From Octopus bimaculoides (taxonomy: Eukaryota): a stretch of 64,000 nucleotides of DNA. The DNA is taken from positions 23,822,235-23,886,234 of the forward strand of contig NC_068983.1 of the NCBI RefSeq assembly GCF_001194135.2. Direction: 5' to 3'. Position 1 is the first letter of the stretch. Each line of letters opens with the position of its first letter. This document shows, one piece after another, positions 13,250 through 26,064 of this stretch. The notes below the pieces were generated by a model. It worked only from the letters and a program-made list of their open reading frames with translations. It did no database searches and was not told where the DNA came from. The position numbers and the translations under genes were made by a program.

Positions 13250-13850
13250 AAGGCTGCGCCGGGATCCAGTCTGATTTGGCATGGTTTTCTACGGCTGGAT
13301 ATCCTTCCTAACACCAACCACTCTGGGAGTGTAATGGGTGCTTTCACATGCAACTGGCACAGGTGCCATTTGTGTGACACTGGTATCTTCCACGACTGTG
13401 ATTTTGCTTGGTTTGATGGGTCTTCTTTTCAAGCACGACATAATGCCAAAGGTCTTGGTCATTGCCCCTCTGTGAGGCACAACACTTGAAAGGAGCTTGG
13501 CCACTTTGCCTCCATGGGGCCCAACGCTTGGAAGGAACTCAGCCATCCCACCTCCATGAGGCCCGTTCAAAAGGAACTCAGCCACTTCACCTCTGTGAGG
13601 CCCAACACTCAAAAGGAACTCAGCCACTTTACTTACACGTGGCCCAGGAGCTTGGCCACTTTGCCTCCATGAGGCCCAACACTTGAAAGGAACTCAGCCA
13701 CATCGCCTCTGTGAGGCCCACTCAAAACGAACTCAGTTACCTCACCTCCGTGCGGCCCAACACTCGAAAGGTACTCAACCACTTTGCCTCCATGAGGCTC
13801 AATGCTCAAAAGGTACTCAGCCACTTTCCCTAGGTGAGGCCCGACGTCCA
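13250..13850 (-). mobile_element. RTE-derived 3' element (family C) containing a 42-bp tandem array
   Basis: Shares ggatgcccttcctaacgccaaccactctgagagtgtagtgggtgc core with 22875-23250, 26040-26520, 29890-30240, 32155-32700. Confidence 0.75.
13458..13845. repeat. Minisatellite, ~10 copies of a 42-bp unit
   Basis: Consensus gccactttgcctccatgaggcccaacacttgaaaggaactca; no unique spacers. Confidence 0.9.
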
Positions 13851-13959
13851 GGGTTGATCTTTTTTTTTACAAGCCACCAGCACAGGTGCACTTGGCTTGA
13901 TGGGCCCTCTTAAGCAGAGCACATTGCCAAAGGTATCTATAATGTTTATTTAAAATTTT

Positions 13960-14160
13960 GGCACAAGGACAGCAATTTCAGGGGAAAGAATAAGTCCGTT
14001 ACATCAACCTTAGTATTTAACTGGTACTTATTTTATCGACCTTGAAAAGATGAAAGGCAAAGTCAACCTTGACAGTGTTTGAACTCAGAACATAAAGGCA
14101 GATGAAATGCCGCTAAGCATTTCACCCAGCGTGCTAACAATTCTGCCAGCTCACCACCGT
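13960..14160 (-). mobile_element. SINE family B (older copy)
   Basis: Head ggtggtgagctggcagaattgttagcacgctgggtgaaatgcttagcggcatttc, core ctgagttcaaac...gttgactttgcctttcatc; many other copies (21520, 33830, 34480, 42270, 43030, 43830, 46840, 53410, 63280). Confidence 0.85.
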
Positions 14161-14821
14161 TTTCATTCCTATTATTAAAGAAATATATGTTTGCTAAATT
14201 TATTTTTTCTCTGACAGGTAAAGTACTATAATTATTAGGTATCAGTAAATTCCAACTTTCATCAAGATAAGAATTAAATTTATGATATGTTCCGAATAGA
14301 AAAGTTATTGTTTATTTTATTTCATTTGTTTATTTATATATTTATTTATTTATTGCACAATCAGTTAGCCAAGTTTTCATGATCTGTGTGATTTAAGAGT
14401 CAATAAGATTTTGTGCCAATTAATTTAAAATGCATTTTGTCGGATTGTTGGAAAACACCCAAAACCTTTCAATTTAATTCATATTTTATTATGAAGATTG
14501 TTTTACAAGAAATAATGTTTAAAAATCCAACAATAACAACAACAGCAACAACAACAACAGAAAAATGAAGTTTGGAATATTGTTTTGGTAGTTTGTTTAA
14601 AAATCAATTATTTTCTGTTGAGAGAGTAGCAGAAACCTTTACGATTTATTATCTTGTTAAAAATATATACATTTTTAACAAGAAATAAGCACTTATTTTA
14701 GATTACCACGAGAGATGTGAGTATAATTAATTTACAGCCAATGTCTTATCTTCATGAAATTTAACTGAAATTATTTCTGTGTCTGGAGTTAAATTTGACA
14801 TTTTTAAATAGATTTATTGAT

Positions 14822-15014
14822 ATGACCGTTGTTGCTCCTGTCTCCACTATCTTCTGCTCTAGCTGCGTGCCTCTCTGTAAGTTAAAATGACCATTGCTGT
14901 TCCTGTCCCCACTATCTTCTGCTCTAGCTACGTGCCTCTCTGTAAGTTAAAATGATCATTGTTGTTCCTGTCCCTACTATCTTCTGCTCTAGCTGCGTGC
15001 CTCTCTGTAAGTTT
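14822..15014. repeat. Tandem repeat, 3 x 65 bp
   Basis: Units start 14822, 14887, 14952: atgaccattgctgttcctgtccccactatcttctgctctagctacgtgcctctctgtaagttaaa. Confidence 0.95.
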
Positions 15015-17895
15015 AAACATTGTAAATATCAACATGGTTAATTTAACATCTTTTACTTAAAGTGAGAATATTTCTCCATGGCAAACTGCAGTGAAATTCC
15101 TCTGTACCAGTTAAATATGTCCCAAACATATTTGAACTGATCTAAAGTTTGTTTATATAGAGTATCACTGCTTTGAGTGTCATATATATACTCCGTGGCA
15201 AACCGTGGCAGAAGTGTCTCTTTACAGGTCAAATGTGTCTCAAACTTATTTAAACTGATCTAAAAGTGAACGGTACCTCAATGGTGTGAGAAAACTTAGA
15301 AATATTTTGGGTGAGACTGACTGAAATAGCTGAATTAAACTTACTGTCATAAATACTTTATCCTTTCATCTTTTTCTTTTATTATTTTCAAAAGCTAATG
15401 AAACATTCTTGACTGAAATAGAAAGCAATGAACGATCCATCGTTGTCTCTAAATTGGTTCTGTTTTAGTTCCAGTTAAATTTGATAGCAAGAAACATTTG
15501 AAGTACTTTGGATTGTTGGCAACATGACAACAAACTGTCTCAGTTGTTGTTTAACCCCAGGTCGCCCTGATTGAGCAGACCTATCATCAGATGCATTCCA
15601 AGCATTATCATGCCATTTATTTATATTTTTTTTTTCATACATACTACATCTATGGCTACATAATCCAATGCACCTTTCCTTTTTAATATAGCAAGAAGTG
15701 AATTAAACTATATCTGGCTGCTGTTTCTACCAAACTGAGCAACCACATGGAAGCTCTCCTTTATCATTGGCTTGTAAACTAATGCAGTAGACTGTAATGC
15801 AGAGTTAGGTATGTTGGATATGTTAACAACTAGATGAAAAGGAAGTATCTTGCCATTCAGACAATGTTTTTGTTTAACTTACCATTAATATTGTAAAAGT
15901 TCAGTGAGCGAGCTGCCATCAAATTAGTAGTTATATGCTTCATAACAAATTTAACGCTGGAAAGTCACGTTTTGAAAATATTGCTGCCTCAGATGTTATC
16001 TACTTGTTTGTAACAAGTGCACGAAACTGATCAGATAGCAGAAAACAAATAATATGCGAAAATTAAGGGGAAACAACAACAGTAGTTTCTCATTATTTGG
16101 AAAAGGTTTTAAAAATAAATTCCAAACATACCTTCGAGTAGAAAGAAATGCTGTTTTGTCTTCCATTATAATTCTATTCACAGCATTATAGAAATATAAA
16201 CTAACTCTAGTGCTTCACTGGTATTTTATTTTATCAAACCTGGAAGGAGGAAAAGCAAAGTTGGCCTTGGTGATATTTGAGCTTAAAATGTAAAATACTG
16301 TAATTTGAATACTGCTGGGCAGATTTTGCATTTTTTGTTTTTTTCTGAAACTCTAATGGTTCTGCCATTCTACTGCCAAGTTAATTCTTTGATAACATAT
16401 CTAATGCAGAGACTAGCAAAAGGCAAACGCAAAAAAATATATATTAGTTATTGACTACTATATTTTCGTTGAGTACAATGTGATCTCAGATATACTGACT
16501 CCTATCAAATTTTGTACTCAAAAATCAATAAAATATTTTCTCCTCTTATCTTTTAGTTTACTTTCAAATATAATGATAACTAACTATTTTGACTTTGATA
16601 TTTTGTATCACATTTCTTGCAATACTGCACAAATAAATATAATAATAGTATTTCGATTTTTTTTAGTAAGTATGGGAGATAACTCGAGATATGTTTCCAT
16701 ACTATTAAAACCTTCTTAGGGAAGCACATACTTCACTGTGCTTGGTGATGAGGGTATTGCTTTGTGTACATAGAAGATTGTATACTCGTTGGGGTAGAAC
16801 AGTTTCTCAATGACATTGACATTGTAGTGCAAATGGAGATCTAATAAAAACTGCTGGCACATTTTACATGGAAGGCTAAAAATTACAGTCACACTTCAAT
16901 AGATGTAAGCATGACAATTGGCACTGGTGTGACTGTGTGGTTGAGAAGCTTGCTTTATAATTGTGTAGGTTCAGTCTCACTGTGTGGAACCTTAGGCAAG
17001 TATCTTCTACTATTACTTCATACTGACCCATACCTAATAAGTGGATTTGGTAGATAGAAACTGAAGGAAGCCCATCATATATTTGTGTGTGTATGTCTGT
17101 CTGTAAGAGTGTGTAGATGTGTATGTATATATGTGCGTATGTGTGTACACTTGCGTGATAGTTGTTGTTGGGTAAAGTTGTTCGTTTTCAGTCTTCTTTG
17201 GAAAACATGTCTAGCCATGGCGAAGTATTACCTTGCTTGGAAACAGGTATGGGCTGGTGACAGGAAAGGCATCTGGCCATAGAAAAATCTGCCACAGGAA
17301 ATCACACCTGATCCATACAAGCATGGAAAAGTGGACATTAAATGCTACTGCTGCTGCTAATGATGATGATGATGGTGACGATGATGATGGTGACGATGAT
17401 GATGACGATGATGGTGATGACGATGGTGATGATGATGACGACGACTACGATGATGATGGTGATGGTGATGGTAATGACTCTGTATAAGGAATTAAGATTA
17501 CTGGTACAGTTTACTCGGGAAATTAAAAATTGTCAGTGCACTTTGTAGAGGAAGTTAAAGGAAGACTTATGTTTTAAAGGTAAAAATTGAGAAAAAAATA
17601 TAGAAAACCATTGCTTAACTTAATGACATTTATGCAATAACAAAATTATGAAGAACTCATTTTTCAAGACACTCAAGTATCAGAACAGATTTCTAAATCT
17701 TTAAAGTATATCTTTAACAATCTGTAGTGCACCTAGATGCCTCTTGTGACATATCATAGCACTATGATGTGCTGTTTGAAAACAACTGATAAGGGAAGAA
17801 AAAATAGAAATTTTTGAAGAATAAATTATTCCAAGAGAAATTAGTTTCTAGTGAACTATCACCATAATTTCCGCTTCTGTTCTTCTTGATTACAG

Positions 17896-17966
17896 GCAAT
17901 TCCATTGAAGTTGCTAAACACCTTTGGAGGAAATATAAGCATTTGCAACAGCTTATTCGTTGTTAA
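17896..17966 (+). CDS. Candidate terminal coding exon resembling the C-terminus of alpha-N-acetylglucosaminidase (NAGLU-like); unconfirmed
   Basis: Acceptor ttctgttcttcttgattacag|; phase-1 reading (G)NSIEVAKHLWRKYKHLQQLIRC*; resembles the GDTVDLAKKIFLKY-type end recalled for NAGLU; no upstream NAGLU exon found in window; another frame is also open. Confidence 0.25.
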
Positions 17967-18129
17967 CAGTAAATCTAAGCCCATATATTTATATGAGAAA
18001 TCAATATTAACTGCGGTTATGAGCTAAAATATAAATATATTTTGAGCACTCACTTTCTTTTTTAGCCTTGATATTTCGGAAGTATATAATTTCCATTAAT
18101 TTTCATTTAGATTTTAATATAACCTCATT

Positions 18130-18445
18130 GATATTTTTACTTAATTCACTTAGCTTGTACTTTTCAAATTACTTAAAACTTCATCCTGTTTTCTCTCCCT
18201 TTGCTAGAATTTTATACATGTTATAACATCTACATATTTTATGATTGCCTATCATTCTTTATTTATTAAAACTCCAAGCCAACAAAATTTTTATCTCAGA
18301 AAAACAAAACAAATTATTTAAGAATTTAATTTGTTTTATTAAAAAAAAAAACTTATTCTCCATCGAATTTTGTTCTGTGGCTGTAGAAACATACACACAC
18401 ACACACACACACACATCACGAAATGCTTAGTGTGGTGGAAAACGA
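18130..18445. repeat. Unidentified dispersed repeat, second copy at ~21130-21425
   Basis: ttatgattgcctatcattctttatttattaaaactccaagccaacaaaatttttatctcagaaa vs ttatgattccctatcgttctttatttattaaaaatcccaagccaacaaaatttcatctcagaaa, same orientation. Confidence 0.8.
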
Positions 18446-18657
18446 GTAAAATGTGTTTTATCACTCAAGATAGAAGCTTTCCATTTGTGTTTTCTTTTCT
18501 TTTTTTTTTTCCACTGAAATGAAAATTTTTAAATATTTTACTCTAGAAACTTTCTTTTCAATCCTCCAAAGAATTGCTCATGCTTCTGAGATAAATCTAT
18601 GTTCATTTTGAACTCCATTTTGTCTATTGATTTTATTTTAGTGAAGGAATGTGTATT

Positions 18658-18723
<66 letters not shown>

Positions 18724-19487
18724 CGCGCGCGCGTGTGTGTGTGTGTGTGTGCACTAGTTAATTACACTAAACCAAGATCTTGTCATATGCTGGAAAGTCT
18801 GGTATATTCAAAAAATTCTGCAACCATTTTGTTTGAGCATGTGTATTAGTTGGGAAATGTTATACAGATGGGTTTTAAGTTTGCTTTCATTTTAAACAAA
18901 AGATATAAAAAATAAGCAAGAAAAAAAAAAAAAAGAAAAATTAAGAAAAATATATTTTTGAATTAGGAACCTGTAGAAAAATGTAGTAGCATTAGTAGCA
19001 TACTGAAGACAATAGAAGCTAAAGATATGAAATACATATAAATAGAGCATTAATAGTACATGCAGGATATAGACTTTTATGATATATGTTTGTGTGATAG
19101 AAATATTAAAGCATCTCTTGAATATATGATTACATAAAGTGAAGGCATAACTGTACACTAAAAAAAGTTCACCATAAAGTCTCAATGCAAGGTGTCTTGA
19201 GCAGGTACCTTCTGCTATTGGCCTGGGTTGACCAAAGCCTTATGAGTGGATTTGGCAGACAGAAACCATAAAGAAGCTTTCACAGGTGTGGCTGTTCGGC
19301 AGGAAAGCATACTTCCCAACCACATGGTTCCAAGTTCAGTTCCACTGCATGGCACCTTGGTGAAGAGTCTTCTACTATAGCCTCAGGCTGACCAAATCAT
19401 TGTGAGTGGATTTGGTTTATGGAAGCTGAAAGAGGCCCATTATTGTAAAACATAACTGTAAAACATATAACTATCACCACCACTACA

Positions 19488-19532
19488 TGAACCTGAAGAT
19501 GGCATATTTTAATGCATGAAAGTACTAGTTCA
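19488..19532 (+). ncRNA. Minimal type I hammerhead ribozyme motif with palindromic stem III, imperfect stem II
   Basis: tgaac-CTGAAGA-t-ggcat(atttta)atgcat-GAA-AGTACT-A-gttca; 5-bp stem I tgaac/gttca, CUA triplet. Confidence 0.55.
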
Positions 19533-19559
19533 ATCAGAACGGACATTTAATATTCTATC

Positions 19560-19707
19560 ATTTCATTATATTATATTATATCATATTATATTATATTATA
19601 TTATATTATATTATATTATATTATGTTATATTATATTATATTATATTATGTTATATTATATTATATTATATTATATTATATTATGTTATATTATATTATA
19701 TTATTAT
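19560..19707. repeat. (ATTAT)n pentanucleotide microsatellite
   Basis: Direct inspection. Confidence 0.95.
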
Positions 19708-19787
19708 AAGAGTTGCTAGGTTACAGGGATGTAAACAGACCAACATCAGTTTGTCAAGTGATGGTGGTGGGGGACAAACACAAAGAT

Positions 19788-19818
<31 letters not shown>

Positions 19819-20689
19819 CAAACATACATGTATATATGACAGGCTTCTTTCAGTTTCCATCTACCAAATCCATTCACAAGGCTTCTTACCACACAGCCAT
19901 GCCTAATTAAAACCGTTTCTCTCAGCTCCATGTGACTTAAAGTTTTGTGGGCCTCTAACAGAAGTCCATTTCTTTCAGGCTTCAGATTTCTGATTTGGCG
20001 ATCTTAAAGCTTGAAAGAGACAAGCTTCTGTTTGAAATGATACATGTAACTCCTACCAAATGTGCTGAGTGTCCTTTTCTTTCATTTGTCCACTCACTTG
20101 TGTGTGTGTGTGTGTGTGTGTGTGTGATTGTTCGTATTTGTGTTTCTCCAATAATTGCAAGCTTCAAGTGTTGTTATTTTCATATGAATATATCATGTAC
20201 TGGCTTGGCACCTTCGAAGACATGTGAAATAAGGGAAACCTTACTTAAAAATAGATAAGAGTTAGTGACAGGAATAATGTATTCATCTAAACTATGGCTA
20301 CATAGAAAAAAATTATGATGGGCGTACAAATGAACGTATATATCATATTATGTTGTATTATATAACAAACAATGGTGTATCATTGCAACTGTATCTCTGG
20401 ATTCACTTGTGCTTATGCTGCTATATTCTTGATAATTAAATACTGTTTATTCCCTTTGTGTCTTCTCTAGAGGCAGTTGAAGTTTATGTGCTCACAAGGG
20501 ATTCTCCAGTCTGAAGAAGACAACATTTGGAGAGCTTCTGTGTGTGTGTGTGTGTGTGTGTATGCATGTACTTACAAGCAATAGTCAGCTGCTAGAAACC
20601 TGACTTTGTAATGTACGGTTAATTTAAATTTTCATCTGTATATTTAACCTTTTCTTTGAACTAGTAAACCAAGAAGGGGACCATTATAC

Positions 20690-21016
20690 TAGTGGTTCTC
20701 AACCATTTTTTTACATGTGGACCCCTTCGTTTACTAATTTATTTCTGGTGGACCCTACACCCATTCGATGTTTAAAATCTAGTTTTATAGACACTTTTCT
20801 CAAAATTCTTATTTTGTATCTCACACATTAGCTTGCATAGGTTGAATTATGTAGAATGTTACAGAAAGGAACCTAGTTGTTTCTTGCAATGCATACATTT
20901 AAATTAAAACTTTTCATGGACCTTTAAAATAGCCCAACTTATTATCTTGCTAGCATGGACCCCAAAATCTTATATAGACCCCTAGGGGTCATATGAACTC
21001 TGGTTGAGAAGCACTG
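20690..21016 (-). mobile_element. hAT-Charlie-type MITE, same family as 55495-55849 in opposite orientation
   Basis: TIRs tagtggttctcaac / revcomp cagtgcttctcaac; subterminal sequences match the opposite ends of the 55495 copy; TSD not recognisable. Confidence 0.75.
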
Positions 21017-22390
21017 TGCTATGTGGTTGTTAGGCCTGCCAGAAATAGCAGTAAAGTTTACTTCAAATCACATCCTGTTGTCTTCAAAGAGAAAAGACAC
21101 ACTTGGAAATGTAGTCCTAGATGTACTTCTCCTAGGTTTCATTGTAAGTTTTTTCATTCATCAAAACTTAACTTTATCACATTCTCTTTCTCCTCTCTAG
21201 GTTTTCTGGATATCATACAACAGCTATATTTTATGATTCCCTATCGTTCTTTATTTATTAAAAATCCCAAGCCAACAAAATTTCATCTCAGAAAAAGAAA
21301 AAAAAAACATATCTAAAAATTTAATATGCTTTATTAAAAAACATGTTTATTTCCCATCAAATTTTATTTGGCAGTTGTTGAAACATACACACACATCACA
21401 AAGTGGTTAGTGCAGTGGAAAACAAGTATCAACAACTGAGGTTAAACAACAAATGACTTGAGATATATTTTGGTCAAAGATTGGCCCAGATCATGCTTTT
21501 ATCAAGGCAGAACCGTTAGTTTGTCAAACAAATTGCTTAGCTGCATTTCGTCCATCTTTACATTCTGAGTTCAAATTCTTCCAAAATCGCTTTGTGTTTC
21601 ATCCTTTCAGGGTTGATAAAACAAGTATCAGTTGAACACTGGGGCTGATGTAAAATCAACTGGCCCTAAATTTTAGCTTTGTGCTTATAACAGAGAAAAT
21701 TATATTCTGGTTCATAGTCCATAACCAGGAGTACATTGACTTTCCTTTAATACATTGCATTAACATGTTAACCACTACATGTACCACTGGTGGTTCATCA
21801 CAAACTTCACACAACTACCAGTAACAGGCCATGGCTGTTAATATGTTATGACAAAAATCTTTGAAACAATTTATGAGTAATTTTCATTCACTCCCTCACA
21901 TAGGAATTTGTCTTTTTCGAGTGGAAAGAGTACTTGATATTCAACTTAGAAGTTAATGGTTTGGGACATTTTTCTGACACTGCTACTGTGTATATAGTCA
22001 AAGACATAACTGGCACTCTGACTATATATGACTTTTTTTCAGTTTCTATCTTCCAAATCCAGTCACAAGCCTTTGGTTGGTCTGGGCTATAGTAGAAGAC
22101 ATTTTGTTTCCAAAATTGCCATTCCATGAAATCAAAACCATGTAGTTGGGATGCAAATTTCTAAATCACAAAACCATGCTTGAAACTCTAATACATTATG
22201 GTATTCCAAAACTAAATGTTGTCACAATTTTAGCCAACCTTATTGATTTTCATGTAAGGTCTGTTATTATTCCTCTGGTCTTTTCATGTTGAAACCACTG
22301 AGCCACAGGATGTAGAGCTTACAAGAGATGCAAAGTTAACATTACCAATGTCCATTCTGCATCTAGGCATAGAATAAACATTCACGCATG

Positions 22391-22442
<52 letters not shown>

Positions 22443-22874
22443 AACTCACATACACACTTATACACACACAGGCAGACACATACAGTCATACATGCATACA
22501 TGCATTCAATAGTCTTCTGTACAGTTTCTATTGATCAGTTTCACTTACAAGGCATCTTGTCAGCCCAAAGATGTAACAGATAACACTTGATCAAGATGAC
22601 ATGCAGAGGGATAGAACCCTAAACTATTTAGTTATGAAGCGAATTTTGTTATCCATCTTCCATCTTTTACCTTTTACTTGTATCAGTCATTTAACTGCAG
22701 CACCACCTTGAGGAGGTTTAGTCGAACTAATCGACCCCAGGACATTTTTTCCTAAGCCTAGTCCTTATTCTGTCGATCTCTTGTGTTAAACTGTTAAGTT
22801 ACAGGGATGTAAATACACCAACACCAGTTGTCAAGCAGTGATGGGGGAACAAACACAGACACAAAGACATATCA

Positions 22875-23250
22875 TCATCATCATCCTCATCATCGTTTAA
22901 TGTCCGCTTTCCATGCTAGCATGGGTTGGACGATTTGACTGAGGACTAACAACCAGATGGCTACACCAGGCTCCAATCTGATTTGGCAGAGTTTCTACAG
23001 CTGGATGCCCTTCCTCACACCAACCACTCTGAGAGTATAGTGGGTGCTTTTACATGCCACCGGCNNNNNNNNNNCAGCTGGATGCCCTTCCTCACACCAA
23101 CCACTCTGAGAGTATAGTGGGTGCTTTTACATGCCACCGGCACGAAGGCCAGTCAGGCGGTACTGGCAATGGCCACGCTCAAAATGGTGTATTTTACGTG
23201 CCACCTGCACAGGAGCCAGTCCAGTGGCACTGGCAACGATCTTGCTCGAA
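22875..23250 (-). mobile_element. RTE-derived 3' element (family C) with (GAT)n tail
   Basis: catcatcatcgtttaatgtccgctttccatgctagcatgggttggacg...; near-identical to 32155-32420. Confidence 0.85.
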
Positions 23251-24649
23251 TGTCTTTACACTCATATATATATACTTATTTATATGTGATGGACTTCTTT
23301 CAGTTTCCATGTGCCAAATCCACTCACAAGGCTTTGGTCAGCCCAAGGCTACAGTAGTAGACACTTGTCCAAAGTGCTACTCAGTGGGATTGAACCCAGA
23401 ACCATAACGTTAGGAAGCAAGCTTCTTATCACATAGCCATGCCTCATGCCCACGCCCACACCATATCAATATTTTATATTCAGCATTTTATATTTAAAAT
23501 TTATACAGGTCATTCTTTGCAACTGTTGTTCTCTGATGGCAGTTCTTCTATTGATATTGATGCCTTGTATTATGTACCAGGAAGTTTTGTTGTAAATAAA
23601 ATAAAATTACGATATATAGTAATAAATAAGAACTATAAATTTTAACAGTTAACTATTTAAAAATAGAATTCCAATCATGTTTTCAATGGCAGATTCTACA
23701 ACACACACACACACCCACACTTGCATGTAGTGTTCAAAAATTGAAAGTAAACTTTATTTTCCATGACCTTTTAACTAAAGATTTGTAGTGTGTACTTATA
23801 TATTGGTGTTAATTGTTATTACTTTTATTTTGTCATAAAATCTGTTTTTGAAAGAAAGAGAGTGAGATAAAGGGGAAAAAATGTGAAAGGAAAAATTAAT
23901 GAAAAGAAAAATCCATATAACTGCTAGGAAAATATCGCTAAACGACTTGTAATTTACAGTGTTTAAGGTCAAAAAAATTCTTCAGAATTCAGCGTGTATA
24001 GAAACCCAAGAGAAACAGAAATGTCAATTTGAATGTTATTTTGTAAAGTCTGTAATAATGATATAACAATGTGATATTTTCAAAACAGTCCATAAATATC
24101 ATCCATGTGATAGAAGAGAAAAATAGCACGGAGATAAACTGTCATCACATTGTTAGAGAATCTCTTTTTGACTCAGATGACTGCTCAACTATAAGCACAA
24201 TAAAGGTGATACCACCTACTCCTACCAAATAGGTCAGCTTGATTTCTAGTATGTTAATATGTTTGAAAAACATGACAAGTAGTTCGTAGATGGTTTATAG
24301 TTTTCTTTTACAGTTTGAAATCTTCAAAATTTTGGCGATATTAAGTGATTTTTTTATAGTTTTGTACTGGTTTCATTCCATTATTAATGCCAGACTGTGT
24401 TTCTGGTGAAGTTTGCTTCTCAACCACATGGGTTCAGGTTCAGTCCCACTATGTGGCATCTTGGGAAAGTGTCTTCTGCTATAGTCTCAGGCCATATTTT
24501 TCAGGCTTTTATAGCAATAAAACTGAGTACCATTGTCAAATTGCTGGTTATTGGTTTTTGCACTAATAAACCTCCTTGTAGACCATAATTATTGGGCATC
24601 AGTAAATGTAATATAAATAAGTAGCTAAAATAAAATTACACCTTTGAAT

Positions 24650-25870
24650 TCCTCCTCCTCCTCCTGCTCCCTCTCCCTTCCTCCTCCTGCTCCCTCTCCC
24701 TTCCTCCTCCTGCTCCCTCTCCCTTCCTCCTCCTGCTCCCTCTCCCTTCCTCCTCCTGCTCNNNNNNNNNNNNNNNNNNNNNNNNNNNNNNNNNNNNNNN
24801 NNNNNNNNNNNNNNNNNNNNNNNNNNNNNNNNNNNNNNNNNNNNNNNNNNNNNNNNNNNNNNNNNNNNNNNNNNNNNNNNNNNNNNNNNNNNNNNNNNNN
24901 NNNNNNNNNNNNNNNNNNNNNNNNNNNNNNNNNNNNNNNNNNNNNNNNNNNNNNNNNNNNNNNNNNNNNNNNNNNNNNNNNNNNNNNNNNNNNNNNNNNN
25001 NNNNNNNNNNNNNNNNNNNNNNNNNNNNNNNNNNNNNNNNNNNNNNNNNNNNNNNNNNNNNNNNNNNNNNNNNNNNNNNNNNNNNNNNNNNNNNNNNNNN
25101 NNNNNNNNNNNNNNNNNNNNNNNNNNNNNNNNNNNNNNNNNNNNNNNNNNNNNNNNNNNNNNNNNNNNNNNNNNNNNNNNNNNNNNNNNNNNNNNNNNNN
25201 NNNNNNNNNNNNNNNNNNNNNNNNNNNNNNNNNNNNNNNNNNNNNNNNNNNNNNNNNNNNNNNNNNNNNNNNNNNNNNNNNNNNNNNNNNNNNNNNNNNN
25301 NNNNNNNNNNNNNNNNNNNNNNNNNNNNNNNNNNNNNNNNNNNNNNNNNNNNNNNNNNNNNNNNNNNNNNNNNNNNNNNNNNNNNNNNNNNNNNNNNNNN
25401 NNNNNNNNNNNNNNNNNNNNNNNNNNNNNNNNNNNNNNNNNNNNNNNNNNNNNNNNNNNNNNNNNNNNNNNNNNNNNNNNNNNNNNNNNNNNNNNNNNNN
25501 NNNNNNNNNNNNNNNNNNNNNNNNNNNNNNNNNNNNNNNNNNNNNNNNNNNNNNNNNNNNNNNNNNNNNNNNNNNNNNNNNNNNNNNNNNNNNNNNNNNN
25601 NNNNNNNNNNNNNNNNNNNNNNNNNNNNNNNNNNNNNNNNNNNNNNNNNNNNNNNNNNNNNNNNNNNNNNNNNNNNNNNNNNNNNNNNNNNNNCCCTCCA
25701 TCTCTTCCCTCACTCCATCTACTCTCTAACTCCATCTCCTCCCTCACTCCATCTCCTCCCTCACTCCATCTCGTCCCTCACTCCATCTTCTCCCTTCCTC
25801 TCCTCCCGTCCTCCTCCTCCCGTCTTCCACCTCCCGTCTTCCTCCTCTCGTCCTCCTCCTCCCCTCCTTT
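24650..25870. repeat. Polypyrimidine minisatellites flanking an N gap (23-bp and ~17-bp units)
   Basis: (ctccctctcccttcctcctcctg)n left of gap; (ccctcactccatctcct)-like right of gap. Confidence 0.85.
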
Positions 25871-26033
25871 TGTAGGGCTGCATGATTAATGACACTCACA
25901 AACAAAGCTTTTTTTTTATTGCACTTTGTATTTTCTGTGTCGCTCTTTGGATGAAAAATAATGACATTTACACATCAGGAGAGACATACAGATGGAATCT
26001 ATAACAATTTATATATATCAATCTGTGGCTGGG

Positions 26034-26040
<7 letters not shown>

Positions 26041-26064
<24 letters not shown>

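Noticed and set aside
13458-15014. 42-bp and 65-bp arrays as CRISPR
   Set aside because: Eukaryotic context, contiguous units with no unique spacers, no cas genes
22998-23141. Exact 67-bp tandem duplication
   Set aside because: Copies flank a 10-N gap; most likely an unmerged contig overlap
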